Source: Polaromonas sp.
Lineage (GTDB): Bacteria; Pseudomonadota; Gammaproteobacteria; Burkholderiales; Burkholderiaceae_C
Assembly: GCA_040400945.1 (NCBI GenBank)
Contig: JBBAPG010000011.1
Span: forward strand, 10,400-74,399
DNA length: 64,000 nucleotides
Reading direction: 5' to 3'
The position numbers were made by a program, and so were the translations under genes. Below, one piece after another: positions 34,439 to 41,624 of the stretch. Positions within the stretch are counted from its first letter, which is position 1. The number at the start of each line of letters is the position of its first letter. Below the pieces are notes generated by a model. That model was not told the origin of the DNA, ran no database searches, and saw only the letters and a program-made list of their open reading frames with translations.

Positions 34439-35192
34439 GGTCGTCCTCTTTTTTGCAGAGATGGATGTGTTCCGTTCTGTCGCCAAACAGCCAGCCGCCT
34501 CGCCTGATAAGCCTGTCTTGCCGGCGCACCACCAAGTCACTGCTCACGCCCGCCTCAATGTGCTCGTCAAACGCTACGCGTTGAATGGCGGGCAAGGGCT
34601 CGATAACGGCTTTCCCGTTAAGTTGCCGAGCCTGCTCGTGCGCCGTCTTGAACTTGGCGAACGCTTCCGTTGCTGTTTCAGCAGCAAGCACTTGTGGCCA
34701 CAAGGGTGCGCTAGGTGCGCATGACTTGCGCCCCAGATAAAGAACATATTTCGGCTTTTTGAGAGCATCGGCCAACGCTTGCAGGGAATAGGCGGAGGCA
34801 ACACCCTGGCGGATGCACATGGCGACGAGGTATGCGCTGTTTTGCCGGTAATCGCGGGTCGACAAGATCGTGGACAAATCGTGCTTAGGCACAGAAAGTT
34901 CATGCCGCCGGGTGACATGGGGTCGACCTTTCAGCTTGTTCTCAGGGGGCACTTGCGCCGTCTGGTAATCACGCAAAAGACTGCCCGTGTCCAGCACAGC
35001 CACCGCAAACCCGAGGCTGCCCTGCAAGCTGGCATGGGCTTGCTCGTCTGCGCGGTCAAGCCCCAGCGCTGCGCCAAGCAAGCCAAGCAAGGCGGATTGC
35101 CCAGGAAATTCCGCAGTGCCTCGATGCCCGCCCACGGCGGGATCACCCCAAGAGCTCAGCTGGGCCTGGAGTTGAATGACCAGATAGTCCAT
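34425..35192 (-). CDS. cas5e: Cascade subunit Cas5e (CasD)
   Basis: MDYLVIQLQAQLSSWGD...FPGQSALLGLLGAALG is the Cas5e N-terminal signature. Confidence 0.88.
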   Translation of the reverse strand: MDYLVIQLQAQLSSWGDPAVGGHRGTAEFPGQSALLGLLGAALGLDRADEQAHASLQGSLGFAVAVLDTGSLLRDYQTAQVPPENKLKGRPHVTRRHELSVPKHDLSTILSTRDYRQNSAYLVAMCIRQGVASAYSLQALADALKKPKYVLYLGRKSCAPSAPLWPQVLAAETATEAFAKFKTAHEQARQLNGKAVIEPLPAIQRVAFDEHIEAGVSSDLVVRRQDRLIRRGGWLFGDRTEHIHLCKKEDDHVPE

Positions 35193-35197
35193 GAGGC

Positions 35198-36259
35198 TCA
35201 GCCGGCTACAAAAGAAGTGAGCTCGCTCAAGCTCCCTTCAGGCGTCTGCACGTTCATCACGTAATGGCTGTCTGCGCAGGCGCCATAGACCTTGTCAAAA
35301 CTGTCGCGCCGCAAAACAAGGGCTTTGACGGCTTCGTCCAGCATGTCTTGGTCGTCGAAGGGCCTCACGGGTTTGAGGAATGCCTGCGCCAAGGAGCGAG
35401 GTTGCTGGTCGCCTTTTTCTGCCAGCGCGAACGAGGCATAGGCTCTCGATGCGAAGCTGTTCTGCATGCCGGTTGGCGACACTTTGGTGATGGCATGAAC
35501 CAAGCCATTGAGCGCGCGCGTTGTCAGTGCGTCGTCGCCGCCCAAGTTGCTTTTCAGCAGCGCGCGGTCGATACAAACATAGATGTAAAAAAGGCCGGCA
35601 CCATAGCCGCGTTCACCGATATGGGAGGCGCCACTTTCACCCGGTTTCTGAAGGTCATCCACCGCGCTGAAGTAGTCATCTTCGACAGAGGCTTTGTGGA
35701 CTGTGATGGCATGGGCAACTTGGACGGCGGCTTCCATATTGAACTCAGGCGTATCAGCCAGCATGCGGCCGAACATCGCAATATCTACCGCACCGCGAGG
35801 GTTGCAAAGCAGTTTGAGGTCTTCTGCGCTGGGCGCAACTTTGTCCTTGGCTAGCTTGGCCACCAGGGCGGTTACAGCCGCCAGCTCTTCAGGACTGACG
35901 TGCGCCAGTTGCTCAATTTCCAGGTCCGAGTCATTGACAGGCTTCTTGTCCGATTTCAACTTGCCGAACTGACCGGCAATAGCTTTGGCCCATTCCCGAG
36001 CGGACTTTTCGTCAACCTTGCGAGCGATCAAGTCCTTGTAAACATCGCAGCCCAGGCGCTTTGTTCGGGTGCCGATATTGCCAGCCAATGCAGACTCAAA
36101 AATGTCAGAGGTTCGCCAAGCGCGTTTGTTGCTTTGCGATGAGACGCGTAAACGCGCCGCATTGCCCATCAACGCGGTTTTCGGGCGACCCGTGTCATCA
36201 CGGTTCAAGTTGGAAGGTGGGTAGCTGGTGAGCACATGCAGTTGAACGAAGCGGGACAT
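35198..36259 (-). CDS. cas7e: Cascade backbone subunit Cas7e (CasC/Cse4)
   Basis: Lies within ORF 35198..36358, with the ATG at 36259 preceded by GGAG. MSRFVQLHVLTSYPPSNLNRDDTGRPKTA is the Cas7e signature. Confidence 0.9.
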   Translation of the reverse strand: MSRFVQLHVLTSYPPSNLNRDDTGRPKTALMGNAARLRVSSQSNKRAWRTSDIFESALAGNIGTRTKRLGCDVYKDLIARKVDEKSAREWAKAIAGQFGKLKSDKKPVNDSDLEIEQLAHVSPEELAAVTALVAKLAKDKVAPSAEDLKLLCNPRGAVDIAMFGRMLADTPEFNMEAAVQVAHAITVHKASVEDDYFSAVDDLQKPGESGASHIGERGYGAGLFYIYVCIDRALLKSNLGGDDALTTRALNGLVHAITKVSPTGMQNSFASRAYASFALAEKGDQQPRSLAQAFLKPVRPFDDQDMLDEAVKALVLRRDSFDKVYGACADSHYVMNVQTPEGSLSELTSFVAG

Positions 36260-36300
36260 AAGGAGCTCCTGGTGGAAAGGACGGGTTGAAAAAGGGGAGT

Positions 36301-36828
36301 TCAGAGACTGGCGCCGTAATAGGCGTAGGCCCAGCGCCGCTTGACGCTGTCGCCCCAACCAAAAACGTCGTCCATCAATTCGGGAACATTGGCTGGGGCG
36401 CTGACGAGGGGAAGCACGCGACGTAAGCCATAAAAAAGCGAATCCATGTCAGGCGACTCCAAGATGCGGCGAAAGCGCAACTCGCTCACGGCCGCCTTGT
36501 CGCTGGCGCCAGACCGACCCATGACGGCTGGCAGACTGTCTTTAGCCGAGCCCACCACATGCACAAGCAAAGCGACCAACAGAGCAATGCGCTCTTGCTG
36601 GAATGGCCGCCAGGGGTCCCCCTCATGCGCGTCCGCCATTTTTTTATAAAGGCGTTGATAGGCTGAACTCTCGACGACCGCCTGCAGGTCATGGGCGCGC
36701 CTGAGCACTGCACGGTCGGCTTTCAGGGTGCCTGAAACCGAAGGACTCTGAAGTGCCTCAAACCACCTCAAGAGCTCGCCTTTGGCACCGGACGAAAGGC
36801 GGTATGAGTTACCTGCTGCTGAAGTCAT
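36301..36828 (-). CDS. cse2: Cascade small subunit Cse2 (CasB/Cas11e)
   Basis: 175-aa helical protein positioned between cas8e and cas7e. It contains ...ADRAVLRRA... and a Cse2-like Arg-rich surface. Confidence 0.8.
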   Translation of the reverse strand: MTSAAGNSYRLSSGAKGELLRWFEALQSPSVSGTLKADRAVLRRAHDLQAVVESSAYQRLYKKMADAHEGDPWRPFQQERIALLVALLVHVVGSAKDSLPAVMGRSGASDKAAVSELRFRRILESPDMDSLFYGLRRVLPLVSAPANVPELMDDVFGWGDSVKRRWAYAYYGASL

Positions 36829-36883
36829 GTGGCTATTCCTTGTGCGACGGTTAGGGGATTGGAAGGCGGGGTAAGTCGGGTTT

Positions 36884-38509
36884 TCAATTCACAGCTTTCT
36901 TGGGCGCCGCCGCCTTGGCAGTACGTTCTTCAGCAGGCAAGCCCAAGGCGGCACGCAGCTTGGGTGTGCTTGCCATCAGCCGTTTTTTGGCCTGAGCAAT
37001 GCGTGCAGGGTTTTCGCGCTCGATAGCGCCAGCCCCGATGAACTCTTTGTCGAACAGGTTTTGGATGGCTTTGTAGAGATAAGCGCACCAGCGCTCCGAC
37101 GCTTCTGTGCGGTCCACCACAACGCCCGCTTGCGCGGCGTGGATACGTTCTTCCAGAAGGCGGTAGAACGGAGCCTCGGTCGCGCTCCAAAAGGTTGCAT
37201 CAACAAAGCTGAAGTCACCTCGCGCGTCTTTTGAGAACCAACACGCTTTCACGGCATCCCGAAGCAATCGCATGGCCGTCTCTGCACCGGCCACCCAGCC
37301 TGCAACCTCTTGGCTTACCTCCGCGTACACATGGGGCTCACAATCAGCAAGCGCGTACAAGGGCACCGTTGACTCGTACCAGCAGCGTGCCTTAGCCGAA
37401 TCCATATCGAATCCAAAGGCCCAGATGCGAAGGCGTAGACCCGTGCGACGACCCATGCCGCTTTCCAAAAAGTGACTCACCGTTGTGGCGGCTTCTACTT
37501 GACGGTTTTCCGTCCTCAAGCCCACCGCCCACTCGGCCCAATGCCTGTAACCAAAACCGCCGGGCTGCGGATGCATCGGCAACAGCGCTTCTTTGGTCTG
37601 GTAGTAGGGCGACAAAGGGTGGCGCCACGGCCCTTTGTAGTTGAGGCCCTGGTTGCGAGTCATGTAACTGCGGACCACTTGGTCAGTCGGTCTTGCGCAT
37701 AAGTCACAGGTGCCCACATGCGCTTCGGCCTCCGCAAAGCGGATGCGGCGCGGCATGGCCCAAAACACATGCGTTGGATGCACCTGCTCGGGGGCTACCG
37801 TCCCTCCTTCAGCCTGAAGAGTCTGCTGCGAGGCCAGCCACGGAAAAGTTTCCCAAGGTGCGGTTCGCTCTGGTGAGCCACCGCCGGCTTCAAAGTGGGC
37901 GGTATCCATCACATTGAGCCAGAGCGAATGCCAGAGGCTGTTTTCGTTCGGATCACTTGAGGATGACAGCAGGAGCGTGGTCAAGGGTCCGCCGCCGCGC
38001 ACACTCGTGCGGTAGCCCACGCCACCGCTAGGCGCATTGATTTGAAGGGTGAACAGCGCCGTTACTGCGCAGTGCATGCACAACGCTTCGATGCCACCGC
38101 GCTTTACAAAATGGTCGGTGTTGTTCTTGAGGGCGTTACCACCGGGCCGCTCAATCAGGAGAGAGCCGATGTCGAGAAGCTCGTCCGGCGCCAAGGCCAG
38201 TTCCAAGTCCTGCATGAACCGTGGGCCATCACCTTCGCATTCAAAAAAAGCTTGCACAGGGGCAAACAAAGCTTTGAGCTCATCCGCACTTGGCGGCTGG
38301 GTCCAGCGCTTGCGGCTTTCGATGGGGTTGTTGGGTGCAAAAGTCGTCTGAAACAAGCCGATGACAAACTGGGCCAAGGCGCCGTTGAAGTCGGCACGGT
38401 CCGCGTCAAACGCGAGGATGTCCGGCCGGGTCAGCTCTGTTGGCGCTACCCAGGCTCTGCTTCCATCACGGAGTCGAACCGGCATCCAGTTATCAGTAAT
38501 AAGGTTCAT
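36884..38509 (-). CDS. cas8e: Cascade large subunit Cas8e (Cse1/CasA)
   Basis: 541 aa. MNLITDNWMPVR is the conserved Cse1 N-terminus. Its position after cas3 supports the call. Confidence 0.88.
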   Translation of the reverse strand: MNLITDNWMPVRLRDGSRAWVAPTELTRPDILAFDADRADFNGALAQFVIGLFQTTFAPNNPIESRKRWTQPPSADELKALFAPVQAFFECEGDGPRFMQDLELALAPDELLDIGSLLIERPGGNALKNNTDHFVKRGGIEALCMHCAVTALFTLQINAPSGGVGYRTSVRGGGPLTTLLLSSSSDPNENSLWHSLWLNVMDTAHFEAGGGSPERTAPWETFPWLASQQTLQAEGGTVAPEQVHPTHVFWAMPRRIRFAEAEAHVGTCDLCARPTDQVVRSYMTRNQGLNYKGPWRHPLSPYYQTKEALLPMHPQPGGFGYRHWAEWAVGLRTENRQVEAATTVSHFLESGMGRRTGLRLRIWAFGFDMDSAKARCWYESTVPLYALADCEPHVYAEVSQEVAGWVAGAETAMRLLRDAVKACWFSKDARGDFSFVDATFWSATEAPFYRLLEERIHAAQAGVVVDRTEASERWCAYLYKAIQNLFDKEFIGAGAIERENPARIAQAKKRLMASTPKLRAALGLPAEERTAKAAAPKKAVN

Positions 38510-38573
38510 TTTTCAGCCCGATTGAAAGTTATTCCGCCAAAAACCTACTTTTATTTACTACTTTATCATCACA

Positions 38574-38592
38574 AAGCTAAGTGGTGCTAATA
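38574..38592 (+). promoter_or_regulatory. candidate Cascade binding site: AAG PAM plus a 16-nt partial protospacer for the adjacent pseudo-spacer
   Basis: AAG (38574-38576) is followed by CTAAGTGGTGCTAATA. The pseudo-spacer is CTAAGCGGTGCAAAAA. They are identical at positions 1-5, 7-11, 13, 14 and 16, and mismatched at 6, 12 and 15. The site lies in the 29% GC part of the cas3-cas8e intergenic region, where the Cascade-operon promoter is expected. Confidence 0.4.
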
Positions 38593-38612
38593 AATTTCAA
38601 CTACAGTCCATT

Positions 38613-38685
38613 GGGTTCTCTACGCAGTGGAGATGAACCGCTAAGCGGTGCAAAAAAAGTTCCTCACGCGGTGGGGATGCAAGCG
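38613..38685 (+). ncRNA. CRISPR repeat-like mini-array (psiR1, 16-nt pseudo-spacer, psiR2), antisense to the cas genes; candidate CreR/CreA-like RNA
   Basis: psiR1 (38613-38640) is GGGTTCTCTACGCAGTGGAGATGAACCG. psiR2 (38657-38685) is AAGTTCCTCACGCGGTGGGGATGCAAGCG. The consensus is GTGTTCCCCACGTGCGTGGGGATGAACCG. Both hairpins are retained, through a compensatory C:G to T:A change and G.U pairs that work only in plus-strand RNA. The 8-nt 5' handle of psiR1 is perfect. Confidence 0.5.
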
Positions 38686-38699
38686 ACGGGCGCAAGAAA

Positions 38700-41525
38700 T
38701 CAAGTCACTTGCTTGGCAAGTAGCAATCCCGTGGTGCGGCTGTAGTGCCAGAGGACGGCCGATTTGGTCGGCTGCCCATTTGTGCTGGGTGCGCCAATGG
38801 CGCTTGCAGAGAATCCGGACGGCGTTGGCTCCATCGGGAGGAGCACCAGCCATTTGCCGCCTGACGGGAGCCCTGCCTTGATCGCCTCAATCGCGGCGCT
38901 ACGCGCAGGACGCACTTCTGGATCGGCTTCATTAATCAGCCGTCGCGCCACGCGGAGCGTGCTGTAAGCCCAGGGGTGGGCCACTTTGTCTTGGCGCAAA
39001 GGCTGAAGCTCGTCGCCATGCCACACACCCAGCAACACCTCAACGCTTTCTTCACCCAACCGGGACGGCGCCACGCTGTCGGCCGTCCAGTCGAAATTGG
39101 TCCGGGTGTAGCCACTGCCCTGCTTGATGCCATTCATACGGGCCTGGCTGACGTCGCTGTAATGCTTGCCCAGCGCTTTTGTTGAACTCAAGGTCAAGCC
39201 TTCTGGCTCGTCGATGTCGCTGCCGAAGACACCCTCGATGAGCTTGCGCGCATCGTCAGGCATGGAGATTTCTGAGGCTTGAAGCGCTTTGGCCGACAGC
39301 CACACTTGGGCATGGTTGGGGTACACAAAAGAGGCTTTTGGCAGCGCATCTTTCAGCCACGATACGCTCGGCTGCTCGGTCCACACGGGGCCGTAAACCC
39401 AGAGACAAGCAGGCCCGCGTTCGTCGGTCGCGCCCGGGTACGTCAGGCGTTCACCCGCAGCAGTACGGACGTGCCGGCGCAGCCGCCCTGCCCGCTGGAG
39501 AACCCGGTCAATTGGGGCTATGTCGGAGACCAGCCAATCGACATCGATATCGAGCGATTGCTCGACAACCTGAGTAGCAATCAACAGTTGCCCTCGCCGC
39601 AAGGCGGGTGTGCTTTCATTGCCAAATTTCTTTAGTACTTCGTCTTCAATATCAAGCCGGTCACCCAAGGCAAAGCGCGCGTGAAACAAGGTGATGGTTT
39701 CAAGGTCAACATAGGTCGAAAGCTCAGCTTGTGCATCAAGCGCATCGGCCACGGTGTTGCGAATCCAGGCTACGCACTGCCCGCGCTTGAGCGCTGCAAC
39801 GATCTCCTGCACAAGCAATGAACGGTCTGAAAAATAGCGGAGGCCCAAAGTACGCCGAACCGACTCGCGTGTGGCGATGGCTTGCTCCACCAGGCGCTGG
39901 GGCTGGGACGCCGCCCAAGTCGTGGCCAACGGGAAGGCGTCTAACGCCGGCTCTGGCGCTCGCGTTTTAGTTGGGGCTTGTGTCTGCGCTTGTGCCCCCT
40001 TTGCGAAGGCGTTCAGCAGCGCAGTGCGACTCGCCATCGGCAAGGTGGCCGACATGAGAATGGCGCTGCCGCCCGCGCGGGCATGAAACGTCAGCAGGTT
40101 TTCAAGTGTGCCCTGCATGTAGCTGTCGCAGGCGTGTACCTCGTCAACCACCAGTACCTTGCGCGCCAGCCCGAGTAAGCGCAGGGATTGGTGTTTGCTT
40201 TGGAGTACCGCGAGCAATGCTTGGTCAATGGTACCGACGCCAGCCGGACACAAAAGCGAGCGCTTGTTATGGTCTGCCAGCCAGCTCAGGCAACGCTGGG
40301 TCGCGCTCTCGTCGCCTTGTCGCTTGTCGTGCTCCGCAGGACCCGTTCGGATGATGGAGTTGGCAAAAGCCTCAACCAAAGTTCTTTGACCGTGCATAAG
40401 AGCCAAACTCGCGTCACTGCCGAACAAGACTTGATAGAACTCCGCCAAGCGCCCATACATCGCGTTGGCGGTGGCCATGCTTGGCAGGCCAAGAAAGAAT
40501 CCGTCAGCAGAGCCATTCGCCATCAGTCGATGGGTCAGGATCATGGCGGCTTCGGTTTTCCCGGCGCCGGTCACATCCTCAAGAATGTGGAGCTGCGGCC
40601 CAGTCTCCAGCGCCTGTTGATCCGTCCATAACTGCAATGGCGAGAGCTTTGCAATCCCAGGAAAGAGATCGCTGGATGAAAGCAACTTCTGCCGGGCTGG
40701 CATCACCACCCCCGTCAACGCCAGTGCCCGATGTGCCTTGGCCTGCGCCTCCAACCAATAGGTCGCAATGTCGGCTTCGGGGTCGTTCAGGTAGTTGAAA
40801 ACCTCCGTGTTCGAACCGATCCAATCGGCCAACACCGCGATGCCGGCCACCCACCATGAGACTACCTCGCTCGATGCCAAGAAATCGGCAGGGTCTAGCT
40901 TGGCAATGCGCTGACAAACGGTGTCCGGAAGCAGCCAGTCGCGCATCAATCGCGTGAAGCTCATCGCAGCTTCCACGTCTTGCTGCCTAAAGTGAGTCAG
41001 TCCTCTGCTGCTTCTGCTTGGAACGACTTGAGTAATAGGCCCATTGCTCGGCGGCTGGCCGTGGTGACCGGTGACCGCTTTCGCCCAGCAGCGCAGTCCG
41101 TAGTGAACATCCTCATCCGCTCCAAACCAAGCTTCGCTGCTGAGCGTGGGTTCAAACACATCGCACCACAGCGCGTAACCCAAGGTGTCGTGCCGCACCC
41201 CTGTCAGCGGCGAGCCATGAGGCGGGCCTTGCAGTGACGCCGCCAATTCTGGCAGTTGACCCTGAAAGCTAAAGGAGAACTTGCCAAGGTCGTGAATCGA
41301 CAACCAAAAAGTGACCCACGCGATGAGTTCTTCCCGGTCTGGAATACCCGTGGCCTCGCAGAGCCAGCCAGTCAGCGCGGGAGACTTTTCAAGGTACAAC
41401 TTTCCAACTGCGGCGACATCCAGCGCATGAAAAGCCAAGCAATGAAATTCAGGTCCACCGTTACTTGGCCTAGCCTTGCCCCAATAGCGCATGAAATCTA
41501 GGGTTCGCGTCGTGTATTGTTCCAA
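38700..41525 (-). CDS. cas3: CRISPR-associated helicase/nuclease Cas3 (HD plus SF2 helicase)
   Basis: 941 aa. The HD domain contains HCLAFHALDVAAV and HDLGKFS. The helicase motifs are VTGAGKTEA (motif I) and VVDEVHA (DEAH-like). The C-terminal domain is present. Confidence 0.93.
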   Translation of the reverse strand: MEQYTTRTLDFMRYWGKARPSNGGPEFHCLAFHALDVAAVGKLYLEKSPALTGWLCEATGIPDREELIAWVTFWLSIHDLGKFSFSFQGQLPELAASLQGPPHGSPLTGVRHDTLGYALWCDVFEPTLSSEAWFGADEDVHYGLRCWAKAVTGHHGQPPSNGPITQVVPSRSSRGLTHFRQQDVEAAMSFTRLMRDWLLPDTVCQRIAKLDPADFLASSEVVSWWVAGIAVLADWIGSNTEVFNYLNDPEADIATYWLEAQAKAHRALALTGVVMPARQKLLSSSDLFPGIAKLSPLQLWTDQQALETGPQLHILEDVTGAGKTEAAMILTHRLMANGSADGFFLGLPSMATANAMYGRLAEFYQVLFGSDASLALMHGQRTLVEAFANSIIRTGPAEHDKRQGDESATQRCLSWLADHNKRSLLCPAGVGTIDQALLAVLQSKHQSLRLLGLARKVLVVDEVHACDSYMQGTLENLLTFHARAGGSAILMSATLPMASRTALLNAFAKGAQAQTQAPTKTRAPEPALDAFPLATTWAASQPQRLVEQAIATRESVRRTLGLRYFSDRSLLVQEIVAALKRGQCVAWIRNTVADALDAQAELSTYVDLETITLFHARFALGDRLDIEDEVLKKFGNESTPALRRGQLLIATQVVEQSLDIDVDWLVSDIAPIDRVLQRAGRLRRHVRTAAGERLTYPGATDERGPACLWVYGPVWTEQPSVSWLKDALPKASFVYPNHAQVWLSAKALQASEISMPDDARKLIEGVFGSDIDEPEGLTLSSTKALGKHYSDVSQARMNGIKQGSGYTRTNFDWTADSVAPSRLGEESVEVLLGVWHGDELQPLRQDKVAHPWAYSTLRVARRLINEADPEVRPARSAAIEAIKAGLPSGGKWLVLLPMEPTPSGFSASAIGAPSTNGQPTKSAVLWHYSRTTGLLLAKQVT

Positions 41526-41624
41526 GTTGATCTCTCAAAGTGCCATGAAATAGTACTTTGGATTTATATGAACATCAATACGGACGGGCCGGCTTTGATG
41601 GTGCGCGTTTTGTCCAATGGAACA

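Noticed and set aside
38641-38700. The possibility that the mini-array has a canonical 32-nt spacer, with the second repeat starting near 38673.
   Set aside because: The sequence from 38673 onward (GGGGATGCAAGCGACGGGCGCAAGAAAT) does not resemble a repeat. The only second repeat-like hairpin starts at 38657, so the pseudo-spacer is 16 nt. I report this shortness as a caveat.
38641-38881. ORFs 38648..38881(+) and 38641..38853(-), which start inside the cas3-cas8e intergenic region.
   Set aside because: Both mostly overlap the 3' end of cas3 in other frames, and neither has an RBS or a recognisable domain. I checked whether either could be a creT-like small toxin gene (strong SD, start codon, rare codons) and saw no convincing candidate.
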